From: a bacterium
GTDB lineage: Bacteria > Bacillota_I > Bacilli_A > RF39 > UBA660
Direction: 5' to 3'
Length of the DNA: 38,883 bases
NCBI GenBank assembly: GCA_029012525.1
Contig: JAQXMG010000012.1
Coordinates: forward strand, 1-38,883
The translations under genes and the position numbers were made by a program. The notes under the pieces were generated by a model. The model saw only the letters and a program-made list of their open reading frames with translations, was not told where the DNA came from and ran no database searches. Positions 20,185 through 30,245 of this stretch are shown piece after piece (positions within the stretch are counted from its first letter, which is position 1; each line of letters starts with the position of its first letter).

Positions 20185-20208
20185 GATAATTGTAAGGAGG
20201 AATGAATT

Positions 20209-20595
20209 ATGAATTTAATACCAAGAAGATATTTTCTAGATGATTTCTTTGATGATTTTGATGTAAAAACTACTACTAATATGAAGTGTGATATTTATGA
20301 AAAGGATGGAAACTATTTTATTGAAATGGATATTCCAGGATTTAAGAAAGAAGATATAGACGTATCTTGTGATAAAGGATACTTAACAATTAATGCTAAA
20401 CATGAGGAAAGCTCTGATGATGAAGGCAAAAATTATATCAGAAAAGAAAGAAGTTATGGAAGCTTTAGTAGACAATTTTATATTGGAGATGTAAGCGAAG
20501 AACAAATTAAAGCAGAATTTAGTAATGGGATCCTTAAAGTAGTAGTTCCAAAACAAGAAGAAGTAAATACTAAAAAGAAAATAGAAATAGATTAA
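20209..20595 (+). CDS. Hsp20/alpha-crystallin family small heat-shock protein
   Basis: Alpha-crystallin domain pattern (DIYEKDGNYFIEMDIPGFKKEDIDV...GILKVVVPK). AAGGAGG SD. Confidence 0.9.
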   Translation: MNLIPRRYFLDDFFDDFDVKTTTNMKCDIYEKDGNYFIEMDIPGFKKEDIDVSCDKGYLTINAKHEESSDDEGKNYIRKERSYGSFSRQFYIGDVSEEQIKAEFSNGILKVVVPKQEEVNTKKKIEID

Positions 20596-20597
20596 TA

Positions 20598-20633
20598 AAA
20601 AAGGTATTTTAGAATTAACTAAAATACCTTTTT
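20598..20633. terminator. bidirectional terminator between hsp20 and the lipoprotein gene
   Basis: 15-bp stem AAAAAGGTATTTTAG / CTAAAATACCTTTTT with A/T tracts on both sides. Confidence 0.75.
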
Positions 20634-21492
20634 ATTTGTATGTTTCTTCTTTTAATTTTGAAATATTGCTTTTCATAATTGATAAATAATCTTCATTATT
20701 TGATATATCATTTTCTGTAATTGTTGTCATTATTTTAAATGTTTCAATTTTGGCACTATAATTATTTTTTAATTCAGTTAATAAGTTTGATTCATTTTCG
20801 TTTTCAGTTACAAAAACGTATGTTAATTTATTTTGACTTAAAAGCGATTTTGCTAATTCAATATTATTATCTTTATTTTTATTTTTGTCAGTTAAATTTA
20901 TAACTTCAAAACCATATTTTTCTAAGAATAGTAGTGATTCATCGTAAGAAATTATTCTTTTATATTTTGAATTATCTGCGGTTTTTTTTAGCTCGTTTTC
21001 TAATTCTGATATATCTACTTTTAAAAGCTCATAATTATTTTCTATTTCTTTTTTTATATAAGGACTATCAATATATTCACTCAACTCCTGTTTAATATTT
21101 TGAGCAATCATAAGTATATTTGAAGGATTAAGCCATATATCTGAATCAGCATTTATAACATCAAGTCCGTATGAAGCATCAATAATCTTCAAATTTTTGT
21201 TTATATTTAACATAGATGTAGCATATGTTCTTTCATTAGACTCACCATTATATATAAATAAATCATATGAACTAAAATCTTTTAGTTGTTTATCTGTTAT
21301 TTCATATTCATAAATATTAGTGCTTCTAGGATAAATACTTGATATATTTGAATTTTCTCCATATAATCTTTTTGCAACATATTCAATAGGATAAATTGTT
21401 GTTATGATATTTATTCCTTCCATATCATCTCTTTTAATACATCCTGTTAACAAAATGCATGATAATAAAACTATACTAATTATCTTTTTCAT
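20632..21492 (-). CDS. TroA/ZnuA-like (cluster 9) solute-binding lipoprotein, apparently lacking the canonical His ligands
   Basis: Lipobox LLTGC. Family-like blocks are [25 protein letters not shown] and EKYGFEV. ATG 21492 (AGGAG 7 nt upstream) is preferred to the ORF-track start at 21534. Confidence 0.7.
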   Translation of the reverse strand: MKKIISIVLLSCILLTGCIKRDDMEGINIITTIYPIEYVAKRLYGENSNISSIYPRSTNIYEYEITDKQLKDFSSYDLFIYNGESNERTYATSMLNINKNLKIIDASYGLDVINADSDIWLNPSNILMIAQNIKQELSEYIDSPYIKKEIENNYELLKVDISELENELKKTADNSKYKRIISYDESLLFLEKYGFEVINLTDKNKNKDNNIELAKSLLSQNKLTYVFVTENENESNLLTELKNNYSAKIETFKIMTTITENDISNNEDYLSIMKSNISKLKEETYK

Positions 21493-21733
21493 ATTTTTTC
21501 TCCTTTTTTGGTACAGGGTCATATCCACCTTCATGAAGAGGATTACATCTTAATATTCTTTTAAAGGTCATTATACTTCCTTTAAAAAAACCATATTCTT
21601 CTAAAGCTTCAATAGCATAATTAGAGCAAGTTGGATAAAATCTGCACATATCGTGAAAGCTTCCCGGAATTTTTTGATATATTTTTATAAAAAAAATTGC
21701 AATATGTTTCATAAAAAATATCATTCCTTCCAT
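21476..21733 (-). CDS. yidD: membrane protein insertion efficiency factor YidD
   Basis: [19 protein letters not shown]...RILRCNP motif. The start is uncertain (21733, 21724 or 21712). Confidence 0.85.
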   Translation of the reverse strand: MEGMIFFMKHIAIFFIKIYQKIPGSFHDMCRFYPTCSNYAIEALEEYGFFKGSIMTFKRILRCNPLHEGGYDPVPKKEKKYEKDN

Positions 21734-21826
21734 TTAATATTGTACTATTAAAATTATATTTAATCAATTAAATAATTTGATAATTTTTATTTTATATGAT
21801 ATTATTTATGTTAAGAGGAGATAAAA

Positions 21827-22489
21827 ATGAAAGAACTATTGGACAAACTAAATATTAAATATAACAATATTAAATTATATGAGCAAGCATTTATCCATAC
21901 ATCTTATGCTTATGAGCATAATTTAAAATCTTATGAAACTTTGGAATTTTTGGGAGACGCTATAGTTGATTTAATAATTTCTGATTATTTATATAAGAGT
22001 GGAAAATATACTGAAGGAGAAATGACAAAAATAAGAGCTAGTTATGTTTGTGAAAATGCTTTGTATGAGTATTCAACTGATTTAAATCTTAGTAAATATA
22101 TTAAAGTAGGCGTAGGAGAAACAAGATCTGATGGTACCCATAAAAAAGCAATAATGGCTGATGTTTTCGAAGCTTTTATGGGTGCTGTATATTTAGATTT
22201 AGGATATGAAAAAACAAAAGAAATAGGTTTAAAAATAATTGTTCCTTATATTGAAAATAAAGATATAATGCTATTTAAAGATTATAAATCAACACTTCAA
22301 GAAGCAGTTCAAACTGATAAAAAGTCTTTAGAATATGAACTTTTAGAAGAAACAGGACCTGCACATAATAGAACATTTAAAATTTGCGTTAAAGTTGATG
22401 GTATAAATTTAGGTGAAGGCATTGGTTCATCAAAAAAAGAAGCAGAGCAAAATGCTGCGAAAAAAGCTTTAAGTATTTTATCAAAGTAG
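21827..22489 (+). CDS. rnc: ribonuclease III
   Basis: ETLEFLGDAIVDL signature and a C-terminal dsRBD (GSSKKEAEQNAAKKAL). Confidence 0.94.
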   Translation: MKELLDKLNIKYNNIKLYEQAFIHTSYAYEHNLKSYETLEFLGDAIVDLIISDYLYKSGKYTEGEMTKIRASYVCENALYEYSTDLNLSKYIKVGVGETRSDGTHKKAIMADVFEAFMGAVYLDLGYEKTKEIGLKIIVPYIENKDIMLFKDYKSTLQEAVQTDKKSLEYELLEETGPAHNRTFKICVKVDGINLGEGIGSSKKEAEQNAAKKALSILSK

Positions 22490-22509
22490 ATTAATTCTCT
22501 ACTTTTTTT
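22483..22509 (+). terminator. terminator hairpin for rnc, lying inside the 3' end of the convergent gmk
   Basis: 8-bp stem AAAGTAGA / TCTACTTT spanning both stop codons, followed by a T tract. Confidence 0.5.
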
Positions 22510-23075
22510 AATACTATTTCTTTTACTCTTTCATAATCTTCTTCTTTAGTATTACTTTCAATTACATAATCATAATAAATAGATTTTTCTATTTCATAAA
22601 GGGCTTTGTCAAGTCTTTCTTTTATTTTATCTTCACTATCTGATTTTCTATTTCTAAGTCTTTGTTCAAGTTCAAAAAAACTTTTTGGTTTAATAAAGAT
22701 AAGAATTGCTTCAGGAAAATTTTTTTTAATTTTTAAAGCTCCATCAACATCTATTTCTAAAATAACATTAATACCATGTTCTAATTTTTCTATAACTTCA
22801 CTTTTTAATGTTCCATAATAAATACCATTATAAACTTCAGTGTATTCAAAAAAGTTATCTTTTTTTATATTTTCTTTAAATTCTTCTAAACTTACAAAGT
22901 AATATTCATTGCCATTTTCTTCAAGTTTGTTTGTTTTTTCATCAATCCTTGGTTTTCTTGTTGTCATAGAAATTGAATACCAAAAATTATTATTTTTTTC
23001 AACTAATCTTTTTCTAATAGTACTTTTTCCAACACCAGAAGGTCCTGATATTATAATTAATTTTCCATTTTTCAT
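22491..23075 (-). CDS. gmk: guanylate kinase
   Basis: GPSGVGKST P-loop and family length. AAGGTGA SD. Confidence 0.92.
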   Translation of the reverse strand: MKNGKLIIISGPSGVGKSTIRKRLVEKNNNFWYSISMTTRKPRIDEKTNKLEENGNEYYFVSLEEFKENIKKDNFFEYTEVYNGIYYGTLKSEVIEKLEHGINVILEIDVDGALKIKKNFPEAILIFIKPKSFFELEQRLRNRKSDSEDKIKERLDKALYEIEKSIYYDYVIESNTKEEDYERVKEIVLKKVEN

Positions 23076-23180
23076 TTCATCACCTTAAATAAATTATAAA
23101 GTAAGATTAAAAAAACATCAAGAAAACTTTGATAAATTGCTTTATAGTTAAAATAAACTCTTTTTAAATTTTAATATATT

Positions 23181-23189
23181 TGTTATAAT
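23181..23189 (+). promoter_or_regulatory. extended -10 element (TGtTATAAT) upstream of smc
   Basis: Read directly from the sequence, about 28 nt before ATG 23217. Confidence 0.4.
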
Positions 23190-23216
23190 TGTATATGAAC
23201 GTAGAAGGTGAAACTT

Positions 23217-26150
23217 ATGTATTTAAAAGAAATAAAGATATCTGGTTTTAAATCATTTGCAGATAAAATTAATTTGAGTTTAGACGATAATATTACTTGT
23301 ATTGTTGGTCCTAATGGAAGTGGTAAAAGTAATATAATAGATGCGGTTAGGTGGGTTTTAGGAGAACAATCTATTAAAAATTTACGTGGTTCTTCTAATA
23401 TGACAGATGTTATTTTTGCGGGTAGTAAAAGTAGAAATCCTCTTAATTTAGCAAGTGTTTCTTTAGTATTTGATAATAGTGATTCTTATTTAAAAGTGCC
23501 TTATACAGAAATATGTATAACAAGAAAAGTATATCGTAGTGGTGAAAATGAATACTATATAAACAATGAAAGATGCAGATTAAAAGATATAAACGATTTA
23601 TTCTTAGATAGTGGTATGGGTAAATATGCTTTTAATATCATATCTCAAGGAGAAGTTGAAAAAGTAATAAGTGATTCACCACTTGATCGTAGGGTTATAT
23701 TTGAAGAAGCTGCAGGAGTTTTAAAATATAAAAAAAGAAAAGAAGAAGCATTAAAAAAACTTGATAGAACAAATGATAACTTAAATAGAGTATCAGATAT
23801 TATAAATGAATTAGAAAAAGAAATAACACCTCTTGAAGAACAAAGTATTAAAGCAAAAAAATATTTAGATATAAAAGAAAAATTAGAAAAAGTTGAAGTT
23901 GCCCTAATAGCAAATGATTTAGATAAACTAGATTTAGTATATAAAAAAACAGAACAAGAAATAGCTAAACTTCAACAAGAAATAATAGAATTAAATACTA
24001 AAAATACAAGTGATGATGTTTCTTTAGTTAAGAAAAAAGAAGAATTAAACAAATTAAAAGATGAAATAGTTATATTAAATAATCAATATTTATCTTTAAC
24101 CAAAGAAGAAGAAAGAATTAATGGTGAAAGAAATATTATAAAAGAAAGAAGTAAATATAGTGCAAATGATATTAAAATTCATGAAAATATTTCAAACTTA
24201 CAAGAAGAAGTTTTTTCACTTAATAATAAACTGTTATCTTTAAAAAGTGATATCGATATAACTAATGATAATTTAATTAATTTAAAAAATGATAAAGAAA
24301 AAATAAATGAAGATTTGAAAGAAAAAACAAATAATGTTAATAAATATGAAATAGAAATATATAATAAGCAAAAAGAATTAACTAACTTAGAATATAAAAT
24401 AAAATCTTTAGAAGGTTATCTTTTAGAAGGAGGAAGTACTAATTCTAATGTTAAAAGACTACTTTCTTGTAAAAGTATAAAAGGTATTCATAATACAATT
24501 GCATCTTTAGTTAACACTAATGAAGAATATGCAACAGCTTTAGATGTTGCTTTAGGAGGTTCAAAAGATTATTTAGTTGTTGATAATTCAGAAGTTGCTA
24601 AAACTGCAATTAATTATTTAAAAGAAAACAATCTAGGAAGAGTAACTTTTTATCCACTTGATGTAATTAAACCTCGTTATATAGAAGAAGAAATAGTAAG
24701 ACTTTTAAAAAAAGAAGAAGGATTTATTGATGTATTATCTAATCTTGTTTCATATGATTATAAATACTCTAATATTATAAATAATAGATTAGGTAATATC
24801 TTACTTGTAAAAACAATTGACAATGCTAATGAAATCGGAAGAAAAACCAAAAATAAATTTGTTATAGTAACACTTAGTGGTGAAATAATTAATGTTGGAG
24901 GCTCAATTACAGGTGGTTCTATAAAACAAAAAAGTATTATAAGTGAAAAATATGAATTACAAAATTTAATTAATAGAAAAGAAGATTTAGCATATGAAAT
25001 TAAAACTTTAGAAGAAAAACAAAATAGTTTAAACGAAGAAAGACAAAAAGTACAAGAAGAAGTTATTGTAAAAGAAAAGGAAAAATTACTTCTTGATGAA
25101 GAAATAAAAACTAAAGAAGAAAATTATAATAATGTTAAATTATCTCTAGATCAAAAGAATTTAGAACTTAATAATTTAAAAGATTTAGTTGAAGATAACA
25201 TAACTAAAGAAGAAGAAGAAATAACAAAAAAATATTTTGATGTATTAAACAAAAAAGAAGAACTTGGTAAAAAAGTTATGATTACAACTAAAGAAAAAGA
25301 AAAATTAGAGCAAGAAATAGAAAAAATCCAAGCTAATTTTAGATTAAGTAGTTCCAATATTCATAATAAAGAACAAGAATTAAAAGAATTAGAAATAAAA
25401 AATACCAGAAATAGTATCAGAATGGATAGTTTGCTTAATACTTTAAGTGATACTTATGAGATGACTTTTGAAAAAGCAAAAAAAGACTATATTTTAGAAG
25501 AGGATGAAGATTTAGCAAGAAAAAAGGTTAATGATTATAAAAAAATTATCAAAGATATTGGAGAAGTTAACACATCATCAATTGATGAATATGATAGAGT
25601 TAAAAAAAGATATGATTTTTTAACAAAGCAAAGTGAAGATTTAAAAGATGCAATAACAACACTTTTATCTATTATTGATGAACTTGATGAAGTAATGAAA
25701 ACTGAGTTTATTAAGACATTTAAAGAAATAGAAATAGAATTTGATAAAGTATTTAAAGATTTATTTGGTGGAGGAAGTGCCAAACTTACTCTAACTGATA
25801 AAGATAATATCTTAGAAACAGGTATTGATATAAATGTAACCCCACCTGGTAAAAAAGTATCTGCTATATCTCTTTTATCGGGAGGAGAAAAATCATTAAC
25901 TGCGATAAGTTTACTTTTTGCAATACTTAATATTAAAAGAGTACCTTTTTGTTTATTTGATGAAATTGAGGCAGCACTTGATGAAGTTAATGTTTCTAAG
26001 GTTGGAGAGTATTGTAGTAAATATGTAGGTAAAACACAACTTATTATTATTACTCATAAGAAAAAAACTATGGAATACGCTAATACTTTATATGGTATTA
26101 CAATGCAAGAATCAGGAGTTAGTAAACTTGTTAGTGTAAAGCTTGTATAA
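23217..26150 (+). CDS. smc: chromosome segregation protein SMC (short form, ~977 aa)
   Basis: The N-terminal Walker A (GPNGSGKSNIIDA), hinge (GIHNTIASLV...ALG), signature LSGGEKSL and Walker B (FCLFDEIEAALD) are all present. ATG 23217, with a GAAGGTG SD, is preferred to GTG 23208. Confidence 0.94.
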   Translation: MYLKEIKISGFKSFADKINLSLDDNITCIVGPNGSGKSNIIDAVRWVLGEQSIKNLRGSSNMTDVIFAGSKSRNPLNLASVSLVFDNSDSYLKVPYTEICITRKVYRSGENEYYINNERCRLKDINDLFLDSGMGKYAFNIISQGEVEKVISDSPLDRRVIFEEAAGVLKYKKRKEEALKKLDRTNDNLNRVSDIINELEKEITPLEEQSIKAKKYLDIKEKLEKVEVALIANDLDKLDLVYKKTEQEIAKLQQEIIELNTKNTSDDVSLVKKKEELNKLKDEIVILNNQYLSLTKEEERINGERNIIKERSKYSANDIKIHENISNLQEEVFSLNNKLLSLKSDIDITNDNLINLKNDKEKINEDLKEKTNNVNKYEIEIYNKQKELTNLEYKIKSLEGYLLEGGSTNSNVKRLLSCKSIKGIHNTIASLVNTNEEYATALDVALGGSKDYLVVDNSEVAKTAINYLKENNLGRVTFYPLDVIKPRYIEEEIVRLLKKEEGFIDVLSNLVSYDYKYSNIINNRLGNILLVKTIDNANEIGRKTKNKFVIVTLSGEIINVGGSITGGSIKQKSIISEKYELQNLINRKEDLAYEIKTLEEKQNSLNEERQKVQEEVIVKEKEKLLLDEEIKTKEENYNNVKLSLDQKNLELNNLKDLVEDNITKEEEEITKKYFDVLNKKEELGKKVMITTKEKEKLEQEIEKIQANFRLSSSNIHNKEQELKELEIKNTRNSIRMDSLLNTLSDTYEMTFEKAKKDYILEEDEDLARKKVNDYKKIIKDIGEVNTSSIDEYDRVKKRYDFLTKQSEDLKDAITTLLSIIDELDEVMKTEFIKTFKEIEIEFDKVFKDLFGGGSAKLTLTDKDNILETGIDINVTPPGKKVSAISLLSGGEKSLTAISLLFAILNIKRVPFCLFDEIEAALDEVNVSKVGEYCSKYVGKTQLIIITHKKKTMEYANTLYGITMQESGVSKLVSVKLV

Positions 26151-26173
26151 AGATGCCTTAGGGTGTCTTTTTT
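26151..26173 (+). terminator. probable terminator after smc
   Basis: Imperfect stem AGATGCC / GGTGTCT (contains G-U pairs) followed by T6. Confidence 0.5.
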
Positions 26174-26301
26174 ATGCTTTTATTTACAAAAAATAGTTAT
26201 ATTGCTATAATAAAATTATAGTTAGAGGAATGTGAAAATTATGGAAAAAGAAAAATAGAATATTACACATTAAGACCAAATTTAAAACAAGTATATGGTA
26301 A

Positions 26302-26562
26302 GAAGTATTACAGTTAGATGATGATATTGAAGGACAATTTGCCTGGGGAGATTATATCAGAGATGATGCAGAACAAGCATTAAAAGAATGGAAAATTAAA
26401 ATTTATAGTAGTGATCCAATAAAACAAGGTTCATTTGTCTCAACATCTTATATTCAAGCAGAAGAATATGCTGGTGGTAGGGGCAATAAAGTATATGAAA
26501 AAATAGTACCATTAAATGAAGTTGCCTGGATTAACGGAGACGAAGGGCAATATGCTAGAGTA
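26302..26562 (+). repeat. repeat module X, copy A
   Basis: Aligns without gaps to 29008-29268. I count about 14 mismatches by eye, mostly at third codon positions. Confidence 0.9.
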
Positions 26563-27306
26563 CAACCAAATGTATTAACTGTTACAAATTCTCAACAAGG
26601 AGTAAAATTGTCTATTGCAAAAGAACAAAATAATTCAAATATAAACAATGTTAATAATGTGAGCCAAGAAACGATAGATAAATATGAAAATGCTAAAGAA
26701 ACTATTGATAGAAAGACATTATTAGAAGTGGCTGATACACTAGAAATTTATTTTAAGAAAGGCGCTATTGTTACAATAGATGAAAATATGTCAAAAAGAG
26801 CAGGTAATAATAAAACGCCTAAAATAATAGATGTTTCTAGTTTTGACAAAACAGGAAATTTAGAAATTCTGACACGAGAAGTTAATGATTTAGCTAAGGA
26901 AATGTATTCAAATAATCAAAACAGATATACACTTGTTGAAAATATTGATACAAATACAAATTTTGAATTAGGAAATTTAGGCATAGATAAAACTTTTTCT
27001 AAAAATGTCCCATTTGAAAAATTACCAACTTATAATAAATTGAAAGAAATTGGAGAGCAAGGATTATATTATAAAACCTCTTATGATGCAAATAAAAAAG
27101 ATGGTATTAAATATCATCATTTTTTAACGCCAGTAAAAGCGATAAATACAGAAGGTAATGCGTTTATTAGAACTGTTGTTAAAGAATACACAAAGGACAT
27201 TGGACAAAATAACAAGTTTTATTATCATCAAATAGAATATTTAGATAATAGAAAAGGGATTACCGATACGAGCCATATAGGTAATCGTACTTTTGGTAAT
27301 CCCTTA

Positions 27307-27659
27307 ACTGACAACATTATAACAAATAACAACGAAAATGTCAAATTGCCTACTGCTATCAGTAATAATAATATGCAAAATAATGAAAATAATACAATAA
27401 AATCGTCTAAAACAAGTAATCCTTTAGAAATATCAAAACTAACTAAAGAAGATGCAAATACAACTCCATTACTTCCTAAAAGAACATATCAAAAAGGAGA
27501 TGGAGAAAGTAGTTTTTATAGTAATATAACTGAAAAATCAAAATTCTTAAATGAAGATTTAAGAAAAATGATGAAAGATGAAGAAAACATAGAGTATTAT
27601 AAAGAAATAACAAATAAAGATACACTAGAAAAAGCATATGAAAAACTACAAGAAGGTGG
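27307..27659 (+). repeat. repeat module Z, copy A
   Basis: Aligns without gaps to 29887-30239, roughly 90% identical or better by eye. Confidence 0.9.
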
Positions 27660-28019
27660 AATGGAAGAAACTGCGAAATGGTTTAATAAAGATGTTGAAA
27701 AAGGAAATATATCTGCAGTAGATGTAACAGAAGGCTGGATTCTTTTAAAACAATATCAAGATGCAGGAGATTATCTAAGTGCAGTAGAAGTAGCCAAAAG
27801 AATGCGTGATATTGGAACAAAAGCTGGTCAAACAGTTCAAGCATTTAATATCATGAATAGACTAACTCCTGAGGGTATGGTTTATTATGCACAAAGTGAA
27901 CTATCTGAAGCATATAACAAGATGGTAAAAAACAAAACAAAAAAATGGATAGACCAAAATATCAATAAGTTCGACTTAAATCCAAATGAAGTTAAATTTA
28001 TCATGGATACTATGAATGA

Positions 28020-28187
28020 AGTGAAAGATATGCAGAAGGTCTTTATATGGACTATCTTAAAGAACAAAATAAGCAATTAAAAAGCGTATTAGATGAAATA
28101 AGAGATAGAGCAACAATAAGATTAGCGAGATTAGAAAACGAGCCTGATTATTGTAAATGGTTTTTAGAAGGATATGACAGGGACTAA
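28020..28187 (+). pseudogene. frame-shifted linker segment joining the two long ORFs
   Basis: The alternative frame reads ...AEGLYMDYLKEQNKQLKSVLDEIRDRATIRLARLENEPDYCKWFLEGYDRD. It overlaps the end of ORF 26608-28080 and the start of ORF 28174-30291. Confidence 0.55.
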
Positions 28188-29007
28188 TACAAATGGTTGG
28201 TTAGATAAATTAACTGATAAAGAAATAAGCAAGATAAGTAGTAAAATAGTTAAGAAGATAGCAAAAAGTGGTTACTCATTTGTTGGTGAAGCAAGTGAGG
28301 AAGCATTAGCAGAAATACTAAATCCAATTATTAAAAATATGAGTTATACAGAGGGAGAAACAATTGATTGGAATGCCGTTGTAGAAAGTGCTATTGTTGG
28401 TGGATTAACTGGACAAATTCTAAATGCACCAAGCGACTTTTCATCTCAAACCATTGATAATTATAGTGGACAAATTATTTCTAATAATAATCAAATAACA
28501 AATGTCAACGAGCAATCAAATAACAATCAAATAGGTTCAAACAATCAACAAAACACAAATAACATCACTGAAAATATAACTACTGAAGTAAACAAAGTAG
28601 AAACACAAATCGCTAACAATGAAATATCACAAGAATTAGCAACAAAATCATTAAGTGAATTAAAAAATGATTTAAATATATTAAAAACATGGCAAGAATC
28701 ACAAAAAGTAAAAGAAACCAATGCTATCAATAAGGAACAAGTAAAAGTTATTGATGATTTGGTTAATAAGGTTGAAAATTTAGAAAAACAAGTAAGTGGT
28801 AAAGAAGTAAAATTACCTACTACAACTAATCAAGATAATATTAATTTGCCTATTAATACCAATCAAATTAATATACAAAATCAAGAACTAGATAATAGTT
28901 CTTTTAATTTAAAACAAAATCAACTTGAAATAATCCAAAAAAATAATCCAATGACAGATGATTACCATGTAGGAATAAGAAATGTTAATGATATTAAAAC
29001 ATGGGAA

Positions 29008-29268
29008 GAAGTATTACAGTTAGATGATGATATTGAAGGACAATTTGCATGGGGAGATTATACCAGAGATGATGCAGAACAAGCATTAAAAGAAGGGAAA
29101 ATTAAAATTTATAGTAGTAATCCAATAAAACAAGGTTCATTTGTATCAACATCTTATATTCAAGCAGAAGAATATGCTGGTGGTAGGGGTAATAAAGTAT
29201 ATGAAAAAATAGTACCATTAAACGAAGTGGCTTGGATTAATGGAGATGAGGGGCAATATGCTAAAGTG
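29008..29268 (+). repeat. repeat module X, copy B
   Basis: Partner of 26302-26562 at an offset of 2706 nt. Confidence 0.9.
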
Positions 29269-29886
29269 AATAACATTCCAATAAAACAAACAAAAGGGAA
29301 TATACCAATTAATAAGGATTTATTAAATAAATATAATAGTGTAAAAGAAATTTTTAATAATGAATCAAATAATTATGATGGAAATGTAAAAGTAAAAAAT
29401 GATATTATTGAACTTCATGGCGTAGACATTGACAATTTGTCTTCAAATGAAACAAAAAAATATGCGAAAGAAATATTCAAAAAATATAACTCTACAAATG
29501 TTTTTATAAACAATAATAATAAAATAACAGTTACATTAGGTGGTATAGAAGAAAGTATTAATAAAATATTTGCTAGTAAGACACAAAGAAATCTTTTAAA
29601 AGAACATTTATTAGTTTTTTCTGATTTAGGAGATATAATTGAACATGCTACTTTAGTCAATCAAAATAGAGAAATAAAAGATAGAAATAACATAAATTTG
29701 TGGAATTATTATTTTGATGGCTTAACTATAAACGACAAAAAATATAGTTTAGAATTTGATGTAAGGTCTATGCAAGATGGAACAAATCAATATAGAGTTC
29801 AACGATTGGAACAAAAAAAATCGATATCTCAACTCGGAGCATCAGTAAATAATACTAACACCGACCGAGCTTTCGAGACATCGATT

Positions 29887-30239
29887 ACTGACAACATTAT
29901 AGCAAATAACAACGAAAATGTCAAATTGCCTCCTGCTATTAATAATAATAATATGCAAAATAATGAAAACAATACAGTTAAATTGCCTAAAGCAAGTAAT
30001 CCTTTAGAAATATCAAAATTAAACAAAGAAGATGCAAATACGACGTCTCCTCTTCCTAAAAGAACATATCAAAAAGGAGATGGAGAAAGTAGTTTTTATA
30101 ACAATATAACTGAAAAATCAAAATTCTTAAATGAAGATTTAAGAGAAATGATGAAAGATGAAGAAACCATAAAATATTATCAGGAAATAACAAATAAAGA
30201 TACTCTAGAAAAAGCATATGAGAAACTACAAGAAGTTGG
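29887..30239 (+). repeat. repeat module Z, copy B
   Basis: Partner of 27307-27659 at an offset of 2580 nt. Confidence 0.9.
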
Positions 30240-30245
30240 GATAAA

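Larger units (their letters stand above)
26236..28080 (+). pseudogene. 5'-degraded fragment of a large modular (polyvalent-protein-like) gene, module set A
   Basis: Homology to 28960-30239 begins near 26260. An in-frame TAA at 26299 sits where the paralogous copy has GAA at 29005. The frame is open from 26302 to 28080, but its first start codon is TTG 26608. Confidence 0.7.

Noticed and set aside
22606-25783. ORFs 22606-22818 (opposite gmk), and 25151-25357 and 25535-25783 (opposite smc)
   Set aside because: These are shadow ORFs opposite K/E-rich coiled-coil or kinase coding sequence. Their translations are S/F/L-rich and implausible.
29008-29268. ADP-ribosyltransferase call for module X, based on FVSTSY (S-T-S-like) followed by acidic residues
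   Set aside because: The expected upstream aromatic-Arg motif is not there (KIYSS), and no clear ExE/QxE is positioned correctly. This is too weak without an HMM or structural search.
26302-30239. Diversity-generating retroelement (TR/VR) explanation for the repeat pairs
   Set aside because: The mismatches between copies are not adenine-specific. They are a mix of transitions and transversions at all bases, mostly synonymous. No reverse transcriptase gene is present.
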